From a virus: a DNA stretch of 64,000 nt. The notes under the pieces were generated by a model. It saw nothing but the letters and a program-made list of their open reading frames with translations, ran no database searches and had not been told where the DNA came from. The position numbers and the translations under genes were made by a program. The stretch spans positions 55,933 to 119,932 of the IMG/VR virus record IMGVR_UViG_3300035698_025127. One strand, 5' to 3'. How positions within the stretch are numbered: the stretch's first letter is position 1; each line of letters starts with the position of its first letter. Shown piece after piece: positions 40,511 to 50,274 of the stretch.

Positions 40511-41287
40511 TCAGAGCTTTGGTAAGCCGGATACAATCTCCAAGACGCGGGCGGGCTTTACACCACGATACAGAATCATCTCGCGATTACATTCCGCGTA
40601 ATGTACAGCCCAAGTCATAGCCTCAATATACTTTTTCCCCATTTCGGAAGCCACAGGCAAATGGTCTAAATTGCCCGTATAAATTTTCTATTCTTTGCAA
40701 TAGTCAGCAGCCTCCTTAATAAACATTTTTGCAATTCTCAAGCCAATATTTCGGCTTCCACTGTGCAACATTACCGAAAGTTTCCCATTGCTGTCTTTTT
40801 GCAATTCGATAAAGTGGTTTCCGCCACCCAAAGTACCAAGTTGCGAACGAGCTTTCTCCGGCCATTCATTATAGTCTCTATGGCCAAAGAATCCACGGAA
40901 AACCTTTTCAAATTCGTCTTCAAGCGCTTCAGGCATTTTATCCGAATGGTCGTGGCCTGCGAACCCAACAGGAACATTCAAATAGACTTCTTCGATAATT
41001 TCCTGCACATCTACCGAATCAGCGTCGAGGTCCGTCAGGGCCCACGCCATCCCGCAACCTATGTCTACCCCTACTGCAGCCGGGACAACGTTCTCACGGC
41101 AGGCCAGGACTCCACCAATGGGCATTCCCATACCGGGGTGACCGTCGGGCATCAACGCAACGTGGTGAAATGCATCGGGCAGTCGAGAAAGGTTCCCCAT
41201 TTGTTTTGCAAGGTCGGGATGACCATAATATTCATTTTCGGGAACCCAGATTTTGATGGGCACGCCACCGGCAGTATATTCAAACAT
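40511..41287 (-). pseudogene. rtcB: RtcB RNA ligase, nonsense-interrupted and C-terminally truncated
   Basis: MPDGHPG.GMPIG, VGVDIGCG, LGTLGGGNHFIE, HSGSR; in-frame TAG at 40690-40688, then YIEAMTWAVHYAECNREM; C-terminal half absent. Confidence 0.85.
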
Positions 41288-41326
41288 TTTATTACCTTGT
41301 TTCGTTAAGATTTAATTTCTAAGTAA

Positions 41327-41355
41327 ACACTAGCACATTTTTTTCAATATGTCAA
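41327..41355 (-). promoter_or_regulatory. sigma70-type promoter
   Basis: TTGACA-17-TAGTGT with extended TG. Confidence 0.65.
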
Positions 41356-41363
41356 GGTTTATT

Positions 41364-41642
41364 TTAGTCTCCTGCCGAAATATTATCATGTGACAACCAT
41401 TCCGTTTTTTCACCGGAAATGATCGCGGGGTCGTAGGTCGATCCAATGGGATGTTGGTTGTTAAGTGGAGTTGCCCGCGGGGTATAAGCGCAACTACAAC
41501 TATCCGAATAAATACACCATATAACAATTACCCAAAAGATTATGCTACCAAGTGAAGTATTGTTTATCTTTGTTTCCCTTTTAACTCCCCTTTTAACTAA
41601 TTTAGCATAAATCCTTCTTTTATTTCTTCTTCTATTTGACAT
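41364..41642 (-). CDS. small membrane protein
   Basis: basic N-terminus plus TM. Confidence 0.5.
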   Translation of the reverse strand: MSNRRRNKRRIYAKLVKRGVKRETKINNTSLGSIIFWVIVIWCIYSDSCSCAYTPRATPLNNQHPIGSTYDPAIISGEKTEWLSHDNISAGD

Positions 41643-41922
41643 TTTTACTTCTAGTCATCATCAAAAACTTGTACAAAACGGCATTAAAATAAAGGTCAAA
41701 CGGAACTTTCGGGGTTTTGAAATTTACATGGAAGTAAAAATATGGTGCCACTAGCAATCTAATTATTGTCGTTATGCATAACGATACCATATAGGACCAG
41801 TAAATTACTGCAAAAGGTAGAACTAAGAATAGCCAGCTAATGCTGACTATCCCTGTAATATTCGCAATAATAATCGCAGCAATAAGCCCAAAACAGAACC
41901 GGATTAAATTGGCATATGTCAT
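41632..41922 (-). CDS. small membrane protein
   Basis: 2 TM, ATGA-coupled. Confidence 0.55.
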   Translation of the reverse strand: MTYANLIRFCFGLIAAIIIANITGIVSISWLFLVLPFAVIYWSYMVSLCITTIIRLLVAPYFYFHVNFKTPKVPFDLYFNAVLYKFLMMTRSKNVK

Positions 41923-42218
41923 AACATAATCTGCTGTGCCATGTCCATGGCGGCCGGGCTTGTATTATCGGCCAGATCCAAGAGCCGTTCTCTGTTTCCA
42001 ACAATGTCAAAACAAAGTTCAACATAACACCTTGCATCGAAAAAATCCATGATATCACTTGCGTGAAGGGTTTCTTTTCGCCATGCCGGGGACAGACTTT
42101 GACAATAAGCGAATTTTTTCAGATCATTGAGTTTTTCCCATTCATCGACGGAAAACTTACCACAAGTTCTTTCAGTAGCGCCGAGAAAAGTTTCAATTTT
42201 GCTAATCATGTCTTTCAT
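41919..42218 (-). CDS. hypothetical protein
   Basis: AAGGA SD, own promoter. Confidence 0.6.
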   Translation of the reverse strand: MKDMISKIETFLGATERTCGKFSVDEWEKLNDLKKFAYCQSLSPAWRKETLHASDIMDFFDARCYVELCFDIVGNRERLLDLADNTSPAAMDMAQQIML

Positions 42219-42263
42219 TTTATTTTATCCTTAGTTTCGCATTAGGTAACTCATTATTGTTGT

Positions 42264-42292
42264 ACTATACAGCATAGATCTTTTTTTGTCAA
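42264..42292 (-). promoter_or_regulatory. sigma70-type promoter
   Basis: TTGACA-17-TATAGT; leader ATAATGAGTT. Confidence 0.75.
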
Positions 42293-42343
42293 GTTTTATT
42301 TTACTCGTGGCGGTTTCCGCACATCGGACAACCTTCTTCATGT

Positions 42344-42616
42344 TTAATTGTTATAATGATATGCGCCTTTCTTAATGAGTTCGGGATAATCGAAGAAAAC
42401 CTGCGGCAAAACTTCTCGGCCTTCATATACTGCCCTACGGATTTGCCGTTTATGCATTGCGCACACATAAGCACGATCAAATTTGCTGTTAAGGTCGATG
42501 GGCTTTTTGCACAACTCTGAAATTTGTTCCGGGCTGCTCATCAAAGTCTCGTGAGACATCTGATAAAATTTTGTTGCCGGGGCGATAGCCTTTTTAATGC
42601 GTTTCAGAAAGTTCAT
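42344..42616 (-). CDS. hypothetical early protein
   Basis: AAAGGA SD, conserved leader. Confidence 0.65.
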   Translation of the reverse strand: MNFLKRIKKAIAPATKFYQMSHETLMSSPEQISELCKKPIDLNSKFDRAYVCAMHKRQIRRAVYEGREVLPQVFFDYPELIKKGAYHYNN

Positions 42617-42633
42617 TATCGGTTCCTTTCAAG

Positions 42634-42711
42634 TAGTTTATCAATCAATCTTGGGCTAACTATACCATAAAAAAATAAAAACTTGACATAGAATCAACTT
42701 TGTGTTATAGT
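42634..42711. promoter_or_regulatory. back-to-back divergent promoters
   Basis: minus: TG-TATAGT plus gattgattgataaacta with no clear -35; plus: TTGACA(42683)-17-TATAGT. Confidence 0.75.
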
Positions 42712-42729
42712 GTGTTTCAGGAGAATAGA

Positions 42730-43098
42730 ATGAAATTGATAAGATTTTACATTAGAAAACCAAACGGAACTTTGCTAAATGGATTTCGGGTAAAGGGGCC
42801 AGAGTGTCCGATACTAAATACCTTACTTTATATTGATTGTTTAATGGGGGTGGGAGGACTATCCTTTGACGAATCGGCTCGACATGCTATGACAAAGATT
42901 AGTCGTGCATATGTTTATATAGCATTATATAAATTACCCGGCAATTATAAATTGTTTCAAGATATATTTAAAGGGATTACAGATACAGAAATAAAGTTAA
43001 CGAAAAAATATAAGAAAAGATACGGACATATAATGCGTAACATAATACATAATACATGGTCTTGGTCCCTGAAAATGTCCTATTTAGCACGCCAATAG
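42730..43098 (+). CDS. paralogue-array protein
   Basis: ILNTLLYIDCLM...YVYIAL. Confidence 0.6.
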   Translation: MKLIRFYIRKPNGTLLNGFRVKGPECPILNTLLYIDCLMGVGGLSFDESARHAMTKISRAYVYIALYKLPGNYKLFQDIFKGITDTEIKLTKKYKKRYGHIMRNIIHNTWSWSLKMSYLARQ

Positions 43099-43122
43099 AC
43101 TACAAAACTAGAAAGAAGCTTC

Positions 43123-43608
43123 ATGAACTTTAGAAATAATTTCTATAAAATGCCGGATAGCTCGACTGTTACTACAGGCGTTATTGTGCCGGGGTTGACA
43201 TATCTAAATGCTTTTATTTTGATCGAAATGATAATGGCACGTGACCATTCTCTGGAATATTCAGTAAAATATGCTCGCAGATATTTTGCAAGAATCAATA
43301 TGTATAAAGCATTGTGTAAATTCGATGATCACCCGGATATACTAGACTATTTAACTAATAACATGGATCCTTTTGTACAGTACCGTTGCATAAAAGAACA
43401 CAAAGAATTATTTGACAATATGGTTTCTGAAATACAAACCCATGCGGATAAAATGGCGCTTAATCGTTTGCTCATGAAAATGAATAATCTTAGAGAATCA
43501 AGCTCATATTATTATACTGCAGGTACATGTGGAACAACAATGGCAACAATACCGACAACAACATCAATTACTTCAGATACAATAATAACTAATAATAGGT
43601 ATAGATAA
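43123..43608 (+). CDS. paralogue-array protein
   Basis: LNAFILIEMIM..HSLE...MYKAL. Confidence 0.6.
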   Translation: MNFRNNFYKMPDSSTVTTGVIVPGLTYLNAFILIEMIMARDHSLEYSVKYARRYFARINMYKALCKFDDHPDILDYLTNNMDPFVQYRCIKEHKELFDNMVSEIQTHADKMALNRLLMKMNNLRESSSYYYTAGTCGTTMATIPTTTSITSDTIITNNRYR

Positions 43609-43958
43609 TGTTAGATTTAAGTATTTATGACAAATACGAGACTATACCGTGGCGCATATTATGTTTATTGGCACAATATGACCAAAATATTGATAAACTA
43701 CTGTCAATTCCCGATCTTATAAACTATTTATATGCACAGAATATTCATTATTCCATGATTTTTATTTTTTTGGGCATTTTTCGTCAAGATATTAGAAATT
43801 ATATTATCGCAACAGAGGATTATGAATATTTATTTTCCAATGTAAATGGTACCTGGGCGCCAGTAGTCAGACAATACTGGAAGACATATGTGCGAATAAA
43901 TATTGAAGCTGATACTGGTTTGCCACTAGTTGATTTAGACTATTTAGGGGGGATTTAA
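43608..43958 (+). CDS. paralogue-array protein
   Basis: ILCLLAQYD...DLINYL. Confidence 0.6.
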   Translation: MLDLSIYDKYETIPWRILCLLAQYDQNIDKLLSIPDLINYLYAQNIHYSMIFIFLGIFRQDIRNYIIATEDYEYLFSNVNGTWAPVVRQYWKTYVRINIEADTGLPLVDLDYLGGI

Positions 43959-44314
43959 TGTCAATATCTGACATGAGAATGGAAATGATACGCAAAGTAA
44001 AGTGGATAGATATATATTTATCTGACGATGCGCCACCAAGAAGTTTTCAAAAACTTTATGATACCTTAGATATATGTTATTTGTTATTTGCGTTTGATGT
44101 TTTAGACAGAGAAGATTATCCTCGCTCTCTTATCGTTGACATTATAACTACTTATCTTTTAGTTCAGCCGATATTGGCTCATTTTATCTTTGCAGAATGC
44201 TTTGAGCTAATAAGTATTGATGAAATTAAGAATATTGATCCTTTTGATTCAAGTTGTGACGATCAAATTGATCTTTTTCGGAAATATTTATGTGAGGTAA
44301 ACGGTGTTACGTGA
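43958..44314 (+). CDS. paralogue-array protein
   Basis: ICYLLFAFDVL..DYPRSLIVDII. Confidence 0.6.
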   Translation: MSISDMRMEMIRKVKWIDIYLSDDAPPRSFQKLYDTLDICYLLFAFDVLDREDYPRSLIVDIITTYLLVQPILAHFIFAECFELISIDEIKNIDPFDSSCDDQIDLFRKYLCEVNGVT

Positions 44315-44657
44315 AATGTGTCCGATAATAGTTGAATCACGTCATTCCGTTGGCGAATATTTACAATATACGCATGCATTTGAAATACTCTATATAATGG
44401 ATCATTTAATTGATATATACGGGTATACAGAGAGTCTTGAAAAGTGTTTTTATTATACGGAAAATATTCATCCCAGAATCCTCTGCAAAGCCTTTATGGG
44501 ACTATTGCCAGACCTTGAATATACTTTGCTAGATAAGCCCTTTGCGAATACGCTAGAAAATGTTATTCAACTTAAATCAAGCAATCTTATCTGGAGTATC
44601 GGATATAAAATTATATCTAAATTAGACAAGGAACTAGATAATGCCAAACCTATTTAA
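44304..44657 (+). CDS. paralogue-array protein
   Basis: AFEILYIMDHLI. Confidence 0.55.
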   Translation: MLREMCPIIVESRHSVGEYLQYTHAFEILYIMDHLIDIYGYTESLEKCFYYTENIHPRILCKAFMGLLPDLEYTLLDKPFANTLENVIQLKSSNLIWSIGYKIISKLDKELDNAKPI

Positions 44658-45071
44658 TGTTCCCTTTTGTTATGCATATCCTCCTGATGAACGCAATATG
44701 TGTGCACAAATTAGCGAGTATTTAACACGCGAAATATTCCCAAACTGGGAAGTTTCAAGCCCTCTTAGAGATCAACACCATATTATATTAAGAATATTAA
44801 TAGCATATAATTACCTCAAAGAACAGAAATTTTCAGCAAACGACATAATATACTATATACTTCGTCAGGAAAATCACACAACTAACACAAAAGAATTGCT
44901 ATATTTTACTATAGGTACAATAGACCGCGAAATATGTTTAGACTTGAAAAAAACAATATAACACACTTTTCTTACAAAAATTTACTATTTAACGAAAGGC
45001 GATGTATTAGTATATTTCGTCAAATAAGTATGGATATAAGTCTACATGACCAATTGGAGAGATATGAATAA
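44641..45071 (+). pseudogene. paralogue-array protein, frameshifted at an A7 run (44947-44953)
   Basis: ILRILIAYNYL..FSANDIIYYI; one extra A extends the frame to TAA 45071, overlapping the CYTH start. Confidence 0.55.
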
Positions 45072-45555
45072 TATAGAAATAGAACGACGTTTTTTTGTCA
45101 AAAATGGTATTTTGCGCAAAGAAGATTGCCCATTTTATTTTGAAATAATACAAGGTTATATAGGTACTATACAAGATATAGACAAAATAGTCAGAATACG
45201 CAAAACTTTAATGTATTGTGGCGACAAAATACATGAAAATTCTTATTTAACAATAAAGGGTGACAAAATAAACGGCAAAGGGTACGAACTCGAAACGCGA
45301 ATACTTGACAATGTAGACGATTTTTTCAAATTATGCCCAAAAGGGACTATTTTGTCAAAAACTCGGCTAATTGTACCATATAAAAACAGACATTTTGAAG
45401 TGGATTTATTTCATGGCAAATACGAAAATTTAATAATAGCCGAAATAGAGCTAGATGATATTAATGAAGACGTCGAACTGCCGTCATGGATAGGCCAAGA
45501 AATAACAAATAATAAACGATTCTCTAACTATAATCTAGCAATGGCACAAAAATGA
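45064..45555 (+). CDS. CYTH-domain (triphosphate tunnel) protein
   Basis: EIERRF, QGY, VRIR, LTIKG, ELE, K.R, FEVD.F, AEIEL, EIT...SN. Confidence 0.88.
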   Translation: MNNIEIERRFFVKNGILRKEDCPFYFEIIQGYIGTIQDIDKIVRIRKTLMYCGDKIHENSYLTIKGDKINGKGYELETRILDNVDDFFKLCPKGTILSKTRLIVPYKNRHFEVDLFHGKYENLIIAEIELDDINEDVELPSWIGQEITNNKRFSNYNLAMAQK

Positions 45556-46049
45556 ATATAACTTTTCAACCATTATATGATATATGCCCAGCAGGTGAAG
45601 TTATAGGACTTGAACTTATATTGCCAGGCTCCTTTACGCGCGACATATCAGGGGAAAGATTATGGATATTTAACGAACTAAATGACATAACATTACAATA
45701 TAAAATCCATCCAAACGTACCAATAAGGACAGCATTCTCTATTTACGAAAAAATACCAAATACTTATAATGTGCTAGTAATGTTTGAAACACTAATAAGT
45801 TATGGGTATACAACACAAAACGCAATAAGATTTCTACAGAAATATATGCACCCAGTATCAATATATATAGCATTACATGCAATAGTAAATGAATACCTAC
45901 TATATAATGTCAAAAAGGATGTCCCATCTGCCTGCATGAACAAAAATTCGAGAGCAATCTATAGACGAGACCACCACTCAATTGTAAATAGATACGGAAT
46001 GCACAACGACCTGCGAAAAATTGCTAATAAAAGAGCGCTAAACAAATAA
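45552..46049 (+). CDS. paralogue-array protein
   Basis: YNVLVMFETLI..GYT..NAIRFL...IYIAL. Confidence 0.6.
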   Translation: MNITFQPLYDICPAGEVIGLELILPGSFTRDISGERLWIFNELNDITLQYKIHPNVPIRTAFSIYEKIPNTYNVLVMFETLISYGYTTQNAIRFLQKYMHPVSIYIALHAIVNEYLLYNVKKDVPSACMNKNSRAIYRRDHHSIVNRYGMHNDLRKIANKRALNK

Positions 46050-46051
46050 GG

Positions 46052-46447
46052 ATGCAAATAATGTCAAGCGACATATACCGCCTAAAACAAATAACTAAGA
46101 AATGCCTGCAAAATAATCAATTCATCAACTTTATGATCCCAGACATAAAATCTTACCACATGAAATTTATACTAAGAATATTACTGGCTTATGAATACTT
46201 AATGACTAAAAACTATCCGCCCGAAGTAATAGTAAACTATATAATTTATCAGGAAAAAAGTTCGAATAATATATACGAAATAATATACCACACTATAAGA
46301 CAAATAAATAATGAAGTAAAACAATATTTACTAGATAATTATACAATACGAAGCAAAAAATATCTTGAATATCATATACGTCAACCCATCATACAACTTA
46401 ACAGTATAATTGGATTAATCATACATAACACCATTCATCACAAATAA
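46052..46447 (+). CDS. paralogue-array protein
   Basis: ILRILLAYEYL..NYPPEVIVNYI; close to 44641. Confidence 0.65.
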   Translation: MQIMSSDIYRLKQITKKCLQNNQFINFMIPDIKSYHMKFILRILLAYEYLMTKNYPPEVIVNYIIYQEKSSNNIYEIIYHTIRQINNEVKQYLLDNYTIRSKKYLEYHIRQPIIQLNSIIGLIIHNTIHHK

Positions 46448-46518
46448 AAATTGACCCCCCCTCCGCAGTGTGGGAAAAATCGTTTGTTATTTGTAGGTAC
46501 CATGTATAGCATCATATA

Positions 46519-46566
46519 CCGACTTATGGTCCGACTTATGGTCCGACTTATGATCTGACTTGATTG
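46519..46566 (+). repeat. 12-bp tandem repeat CCGACTTATGGT (three near-perfect copies plus one degenerate)
   Basis: copies at 46519, 46531, 46543, 46555. Confidence 0.9.
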
Positions 46567-46635
46567 AAAACGAAACTCGGAAAAAGAGACAAAAAAAAGT
46601 CCTTTCAAAAAAAATTCTGGGAAATTTTTTTAGAC

Positions 46636-46664
46636 TTGACATTTTTCTTGTTTTGTGTTATACT
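46636..46664 (+). promoter_or_regulatory. sigma70-type promoter
   Basis: TTGACA-17-TATACT. Confidence 0.8.
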
Positions 46665-46688
46665 AGTTATAACTTGAAAGGAATATTT

Positions 46689-47156
46689 ATGGTAGAATTT
46701 TTTATGATGCTCGGCGCGGTTATGCTCCTATATGTCGGCATAATACTATTTTCAATTGTATTTTTAATAATCATAAACTTTATAGCGCGCCTTGAAGCGA
46801 ACAAAAAAAGATACATTTATTTGTGCAATAGCAAACTAATTATTACTGACCATTGGTTTAAGAGACCACTTTTTTATACTGGCAAGCGTATTCATTGGCC
46901 TAAATTACATGCTAACAGCCAAGAGCAATTAGTATTTACGTTTGTTCATTTAATGGAATTCGGCATAGATTATTTTATAGACCATTTAATGGGCAGAAAA
47001 ACAGCATATTTTATGATTGGCGGGATTAATATTAATATTGGCAACTATATAACAAGATATAGTCAATATCATTATGCTAGTTATCTAGTATGTTATTCCA
47101 AACTAAATAATATTTTAGCTAATCTGGAAAAGGAATCGGAATATGATATTATATAG
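46689..47156 (+). CDS. paralogue-array protein with N-terminal TM
   Basis: TM, then RYIYL...WPKL...QLVFTFVHLM. Confidence 0.55.
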   Translation: MVEFFMMLGAVMLLYVGIILFSIVFLIIINFIARLEANKKRYIYLCNSKLIITDHWFKRPLFYTGKRIHWPKLHANSQEQLVFTFVHLMEFGIDYFIDHLMGRKTAYFMIGGININIGNYITRYSQYHYASYLVCYSKLNNILANLEKESEYDII

Positions 47157-47727
47157 CATAAAAAAACCTTTTGGGGAGCCGGTCATACAACGATGTTACA
47201 AATATTTTAACTTTGTGAAATTCATGGCTTTTTTGGGTCTTGTAAGGTATGTAAATGTCTTATATCCGTTCCCTGACGGCACGAAACATGTAAAAAATAA
47301 CAAAGAAATTAGGGCATATATGGTCTATTATGCTTTATTATATGAAAAATTTGACAGACGTTCCATTATTGAATTTCTTATTGTTTGGAATAATTTCGTA
47401 TATTATGATCCTTATTTGATATCGAACTTATATTACAATATAGGCGCATTCGATGTGAAATTTAAGACTGCATTTGAAGAAGTCGTGGGTGGAGACACTT
47501 ATTTACGAACTATTTTACGTTCTTTTCATTTTTCAGAACATAGTTATTTGTGCGCACAATCCAAAATAGTGCGAGAAATTATGACTGAATGTGAAATGCC
47601 GTATCATATGTCACGCTTACAAATAAATTTGTATCTCTTCTGTTGCGAACAGGAAAAAAAGACTGGTTCGAGTGGAGTAGGCGACAGAATTCTGATAGAT
47701 TTCCTTATTATGGCAAAGAAAAAATGA
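47143..47727 (+). CDS. paralogue-array protein
   Basis: IRAYMVYYALL.EKFDRRSIIEFL. Confidence 0.6.
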   Translation: MILYSIKKPFGEPVIQRCYKYFNFVKFMAFLGLVRYVNVLYPFPDGTKHVKNNKEIRAYMVYYALLYEKFDRRSIIEFLIVWNNFVYYDPYLISNLYYNIGAFDVKFKTAFEEVVGGDTYLRTILRSFHFSEHSYLCAQSKIVREIMTECEMPYHMSRLQINLYLFCCEQEKKTGSSGVGDRILIDFLIMAKKK

Positions 47728-47734
47728 TTTTTTC

Positions 47735-47763
47735 TTGACAAATGAGTGACTATGTGCTATAGT
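47735..47763 (+). promoter_or_regulatory. sigma70-type promoter
   Basis: TTGACA-17-TATAGT. Confidence 0.8.
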
Positions 47764-47804
47764 ATTTATATTGAGAAGAATCTAAACTAACAAAGGACTA
47801 TTAA

Positions 47805-48275
47805 ATGTCAAGATACATAGAATTTACAAGATTGGGGCGCATTGAGGAAACTGACGAATGCATTTTAAATAAATACTCGTATGATCCCAATGTTGATCCG
47901 TGTAAACGATGCATGTTAGTTAATCCATTTACATATATTATTAGGCCTACTGCTCCAGACATGTTTTCTATGGAACATACAGTTGGTAAATCAGGTCATA
48001 AACTTGACTTACTTATTATGTTAGAAAAAATACTTACAAAATTGCCAGAGCACCAAGGTTTTGACAATTTAAGTGTGGTAAATTTTTTCTGCAATCGACT
48101 TGTACGAAGCGCCTCACTTACACGATACGTGGTATATGATTGGCTAGGCTTACTAATGGCAGATGTTAAACATTTTTGTTTTTATGGGGATGAACCAACT
48201 AAATATTATTCTGCTATCGCAAACGAAACAAAAAATTATTTGTCTTTGCTAGATCAGAGGAACATAAAAAAATGA
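47805..48275 (+). CDS. paralogue-array protein
   Basis: LDLLIMLEKIL...FDNLSVVNFF. Confidence 0.6.
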   Translation: MSRYIEFTRLGRIEETDECILNKYSYDPNVDPCKRCMLVNPFTYIIRPTAPDMFSMEHTVGKSGHKLDLLIMLEKILTKLPEHQGFDNLSVVNFFCNRLVRSASLTRYVVYDWLGLLMADVKHFCFYGDEPTKYYSAIANETKNYLSLLDQRNIKK

Positions 48276-48604
48276 ATAACAAAAAAATAATCACAATAAT
48301 GAATAATACCTTTTTAGTTCCCGATATTAAACTCGATTTAGACGGAATTAGGTCGATATTTGACAGACAAGGATTTAATCCAAACATCAAATTGCTTATG
48401 TTATTAGATGTTTTTTTGACCGCAACGAATGACGATGAAAAAAAGGTAACAACTTTAATTGCTTCGACTTGCGGAATTGCGAACTTGCAGATCGCAGATA
48501 TAATTAAAACACTAAAAGGGAAAAAAATGAATATGTACTATAACCGTGACTCGTGGCCCATATTTTTTGCTATTAGTGACTATATAAAGGAAATAGAATT
48601 ATGA
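48272..48604 (+). CDS. paralogue-array protein (divergent)
   Basis: IKLLMLLDVFL. Confidence 0.5.
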   Translation: MNNKKIITIMNNTFLVPDIKLDLDGIRSIFDRQGFNPNIKLLMLLDVFLTATNDDEKKVTTLIASTCGIANLQIADIIKTLKGKKMNMYYNRDSWPIFFAISDYIKEIEL

Positions 48605-48990
48605 TTGAAACACTTCAACACGCAAAAGAAAATCCAAGTAATCTTTATGTAGTTGTGACTGCAAGAAATAACATTATTAACTATGTAACTTCAGCAGGTT
48701 CTTCAATTAAACTTGAACTATCGAAAATGAATGTCGTATATCCAGTACTTACAGATAATATCAACTGTGCTAATTCGTATTTACTAGATGTATTATTTAT
48801 ACTTTTGTTTTTAGTAGAACGTCCAACGTTACGCAATCAAGCTATTGCAGAAAAAATATTATGTAACCCAAACAGTTTGAGTGTGCGAGGATATAGCTTT
48901 GCAATAACAAGATTTAACTTGTATGCAGAAAAGTTTTACGATATTGATGATTTTTGTTCCCATGTTTTGAAAGGAAAAAAACTTAGATAA
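48601..48990 (+). CDS. paralogue-array protein (divergent)
   Basis: LLDVLFILLFL. Confidence 0.5.
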   Translation: MIETLQHAKENPSNLYVVVTARNNIINYVTSAGSSIKLELSKMNVVYPVLTDNINCANSYLLDVLFILLFLVERPTLRNQAIAEKILCNPNSLSVRGYSFAITRFNLYAEKFYDIDDFCSHVLKGKKLR

Positions 48991-49166
48991 TGGACAAGAA
49001 ATGCTAGTTATTTTAAGCAACAAACATCGGGCTGTCACGGGCCCATGAAATACCTTATGTATTTTGAGGCTTTAGCGCACTTAGAGGTAAAGGTAGTGAA
49101 ATAGCCCTTTGGGGTTAGGCCCATTTCCGCCGTCAATTTGTAATTATTAGTAAATAAGGAGAATAC

Positions 49167-49601
49167 ATGAAACATTACTATATAAAAAGTATGCCTGACG
49201 GCAGTATAAGATCCGTATCTAACTATAAATACGACAAAAGTTCATATTATATTGTAAAAAAAATCTCCCGTCTTTATGGTGCATTTAAGGCAAAACATTA
49301 TGATCTTAATTATGTCCCTAATTTACTTGAAATATTAACATGGGTAGAACAAACCATAGAATTTTGTCCAATGGGCAAACAATTGAATTTTCTTAATTCG
49401 ATTGGATATGATATAGCTTATCTTGTGAATATTTTGAGTGTTTTGTTTCCCCGAGAAGCTCTTATGATTTCTCAATCGCATATGAATTATTTTAATGAGG
49501 CTATACTAATAAGGTGGGAATCTTCTCTTTTTGTATATCATAACAAGATATTATGCGATATAAAAGAGGATATAGAATGGCGTTTAGGAGAAAGTTCATG
49601 A
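49167..49601 (+). CDS. paralogue-array protein
   Basis: HYYIK..DGS; LLEILTWVEQT...QLNFL...NILSVLFP. Confidence 0.65.
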   Translation: MKHYYIKSMPDGSIRSVSNYKYDKSSYYIVKKISRLYGAFKAKHYDLNYVPNLLEILTWVEQTIEFCPMGKQLNFLNSIGYDIAYLVNILSVLFPREALMISQSHMNYFNEAILIRWESSLFVYHNKILCDIKEDIEWRLGESS

Positions 49602-50059
49602 ATTATTACTATATAGTGAGTGCTCGTGCATATGGTTTAGTAAAAATAACTCAGTATGAACCCGACTTTGGCAGTGATTATATTGTAACAAAGATAATTA
49701 ATCTTCGTGATGCATTCCGTTCAATAAAATCTGATATGTGAGTTCCAGCCGACTTAATAATTTTATTATCACTTATAGAACAGACGACGTCAATATTTTC
49801 ACCCAATCGGCAAATGCATTTTCTTAGTTCGATGGGATATGAAAAAACATATGTTATAAATATTTTGAGTATTTTATTCCCTATTGACGACCTTTATCTT
49901 ACTAGTGATGAAAAACATTCACTTGCGAAATACAAAGGCGAGGTGGAGCCTTTTAATCTTTTAGATATATACAATAAAATGCTACATAATATAAAGAATG
50001 ATATAAAATGGAATACAGCAATGTCAAACTGGAATAATTGGGTTAAAAATCGAAAATAA
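49598..50059 (+). pseudogene. paralogue-array protein interrupted by in-frame TGA (49739-49741)
   Basis: frame continues after TGA as DLIILLSLIEQT...QMHFL...NILSILFP, matching 49167. Confidence 0.75.
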
Positions 50060-50062
50060 TAC

Positions 50063-50110
50063 TTGACATATTGCGTTTTTTATGTTATTATGATCATAAT
50101 GAGTTGTTTA
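50063..50110 (+). promoter_or_regulatory. promoter plus CATAATGAGTTGTTTA leader
   Basis: TTGACA-17-TATTAT; near copy at 51735. Confidence 0.7.
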
Positions 50111-50274
50111 TGTTAAAAAAACGCAATAAAAGGTTAATTTATGAGGAAAGTGGTTTTATATCGAAACGAGAATGCGGAGAATATCGGAAAACGTCTAAAG
50201 TTTTTTCTGACCCCGGCAGAAGATGGGGGCATTGAAGGTTGGGGCCTTATTAAAAGCTCCCATATGGGTTTATT

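Noticed and set aside
37140-41287. Stop-codon recoding (in-frame TAG in rtcB and in a relic near 37.2 kb; TGA at 49739)
   Set aside because: All long core genes are uninterrupted in the standard code, and many genes end in TAG or TGA directly before the next RBS or start (e.g. 7631, 14446, 15054, 23377). Isolated nonsense mutations explain it better.
46519-46566. CRISPR array
   Set aside because: The 12-bp units are directly adjacent with no spacers.
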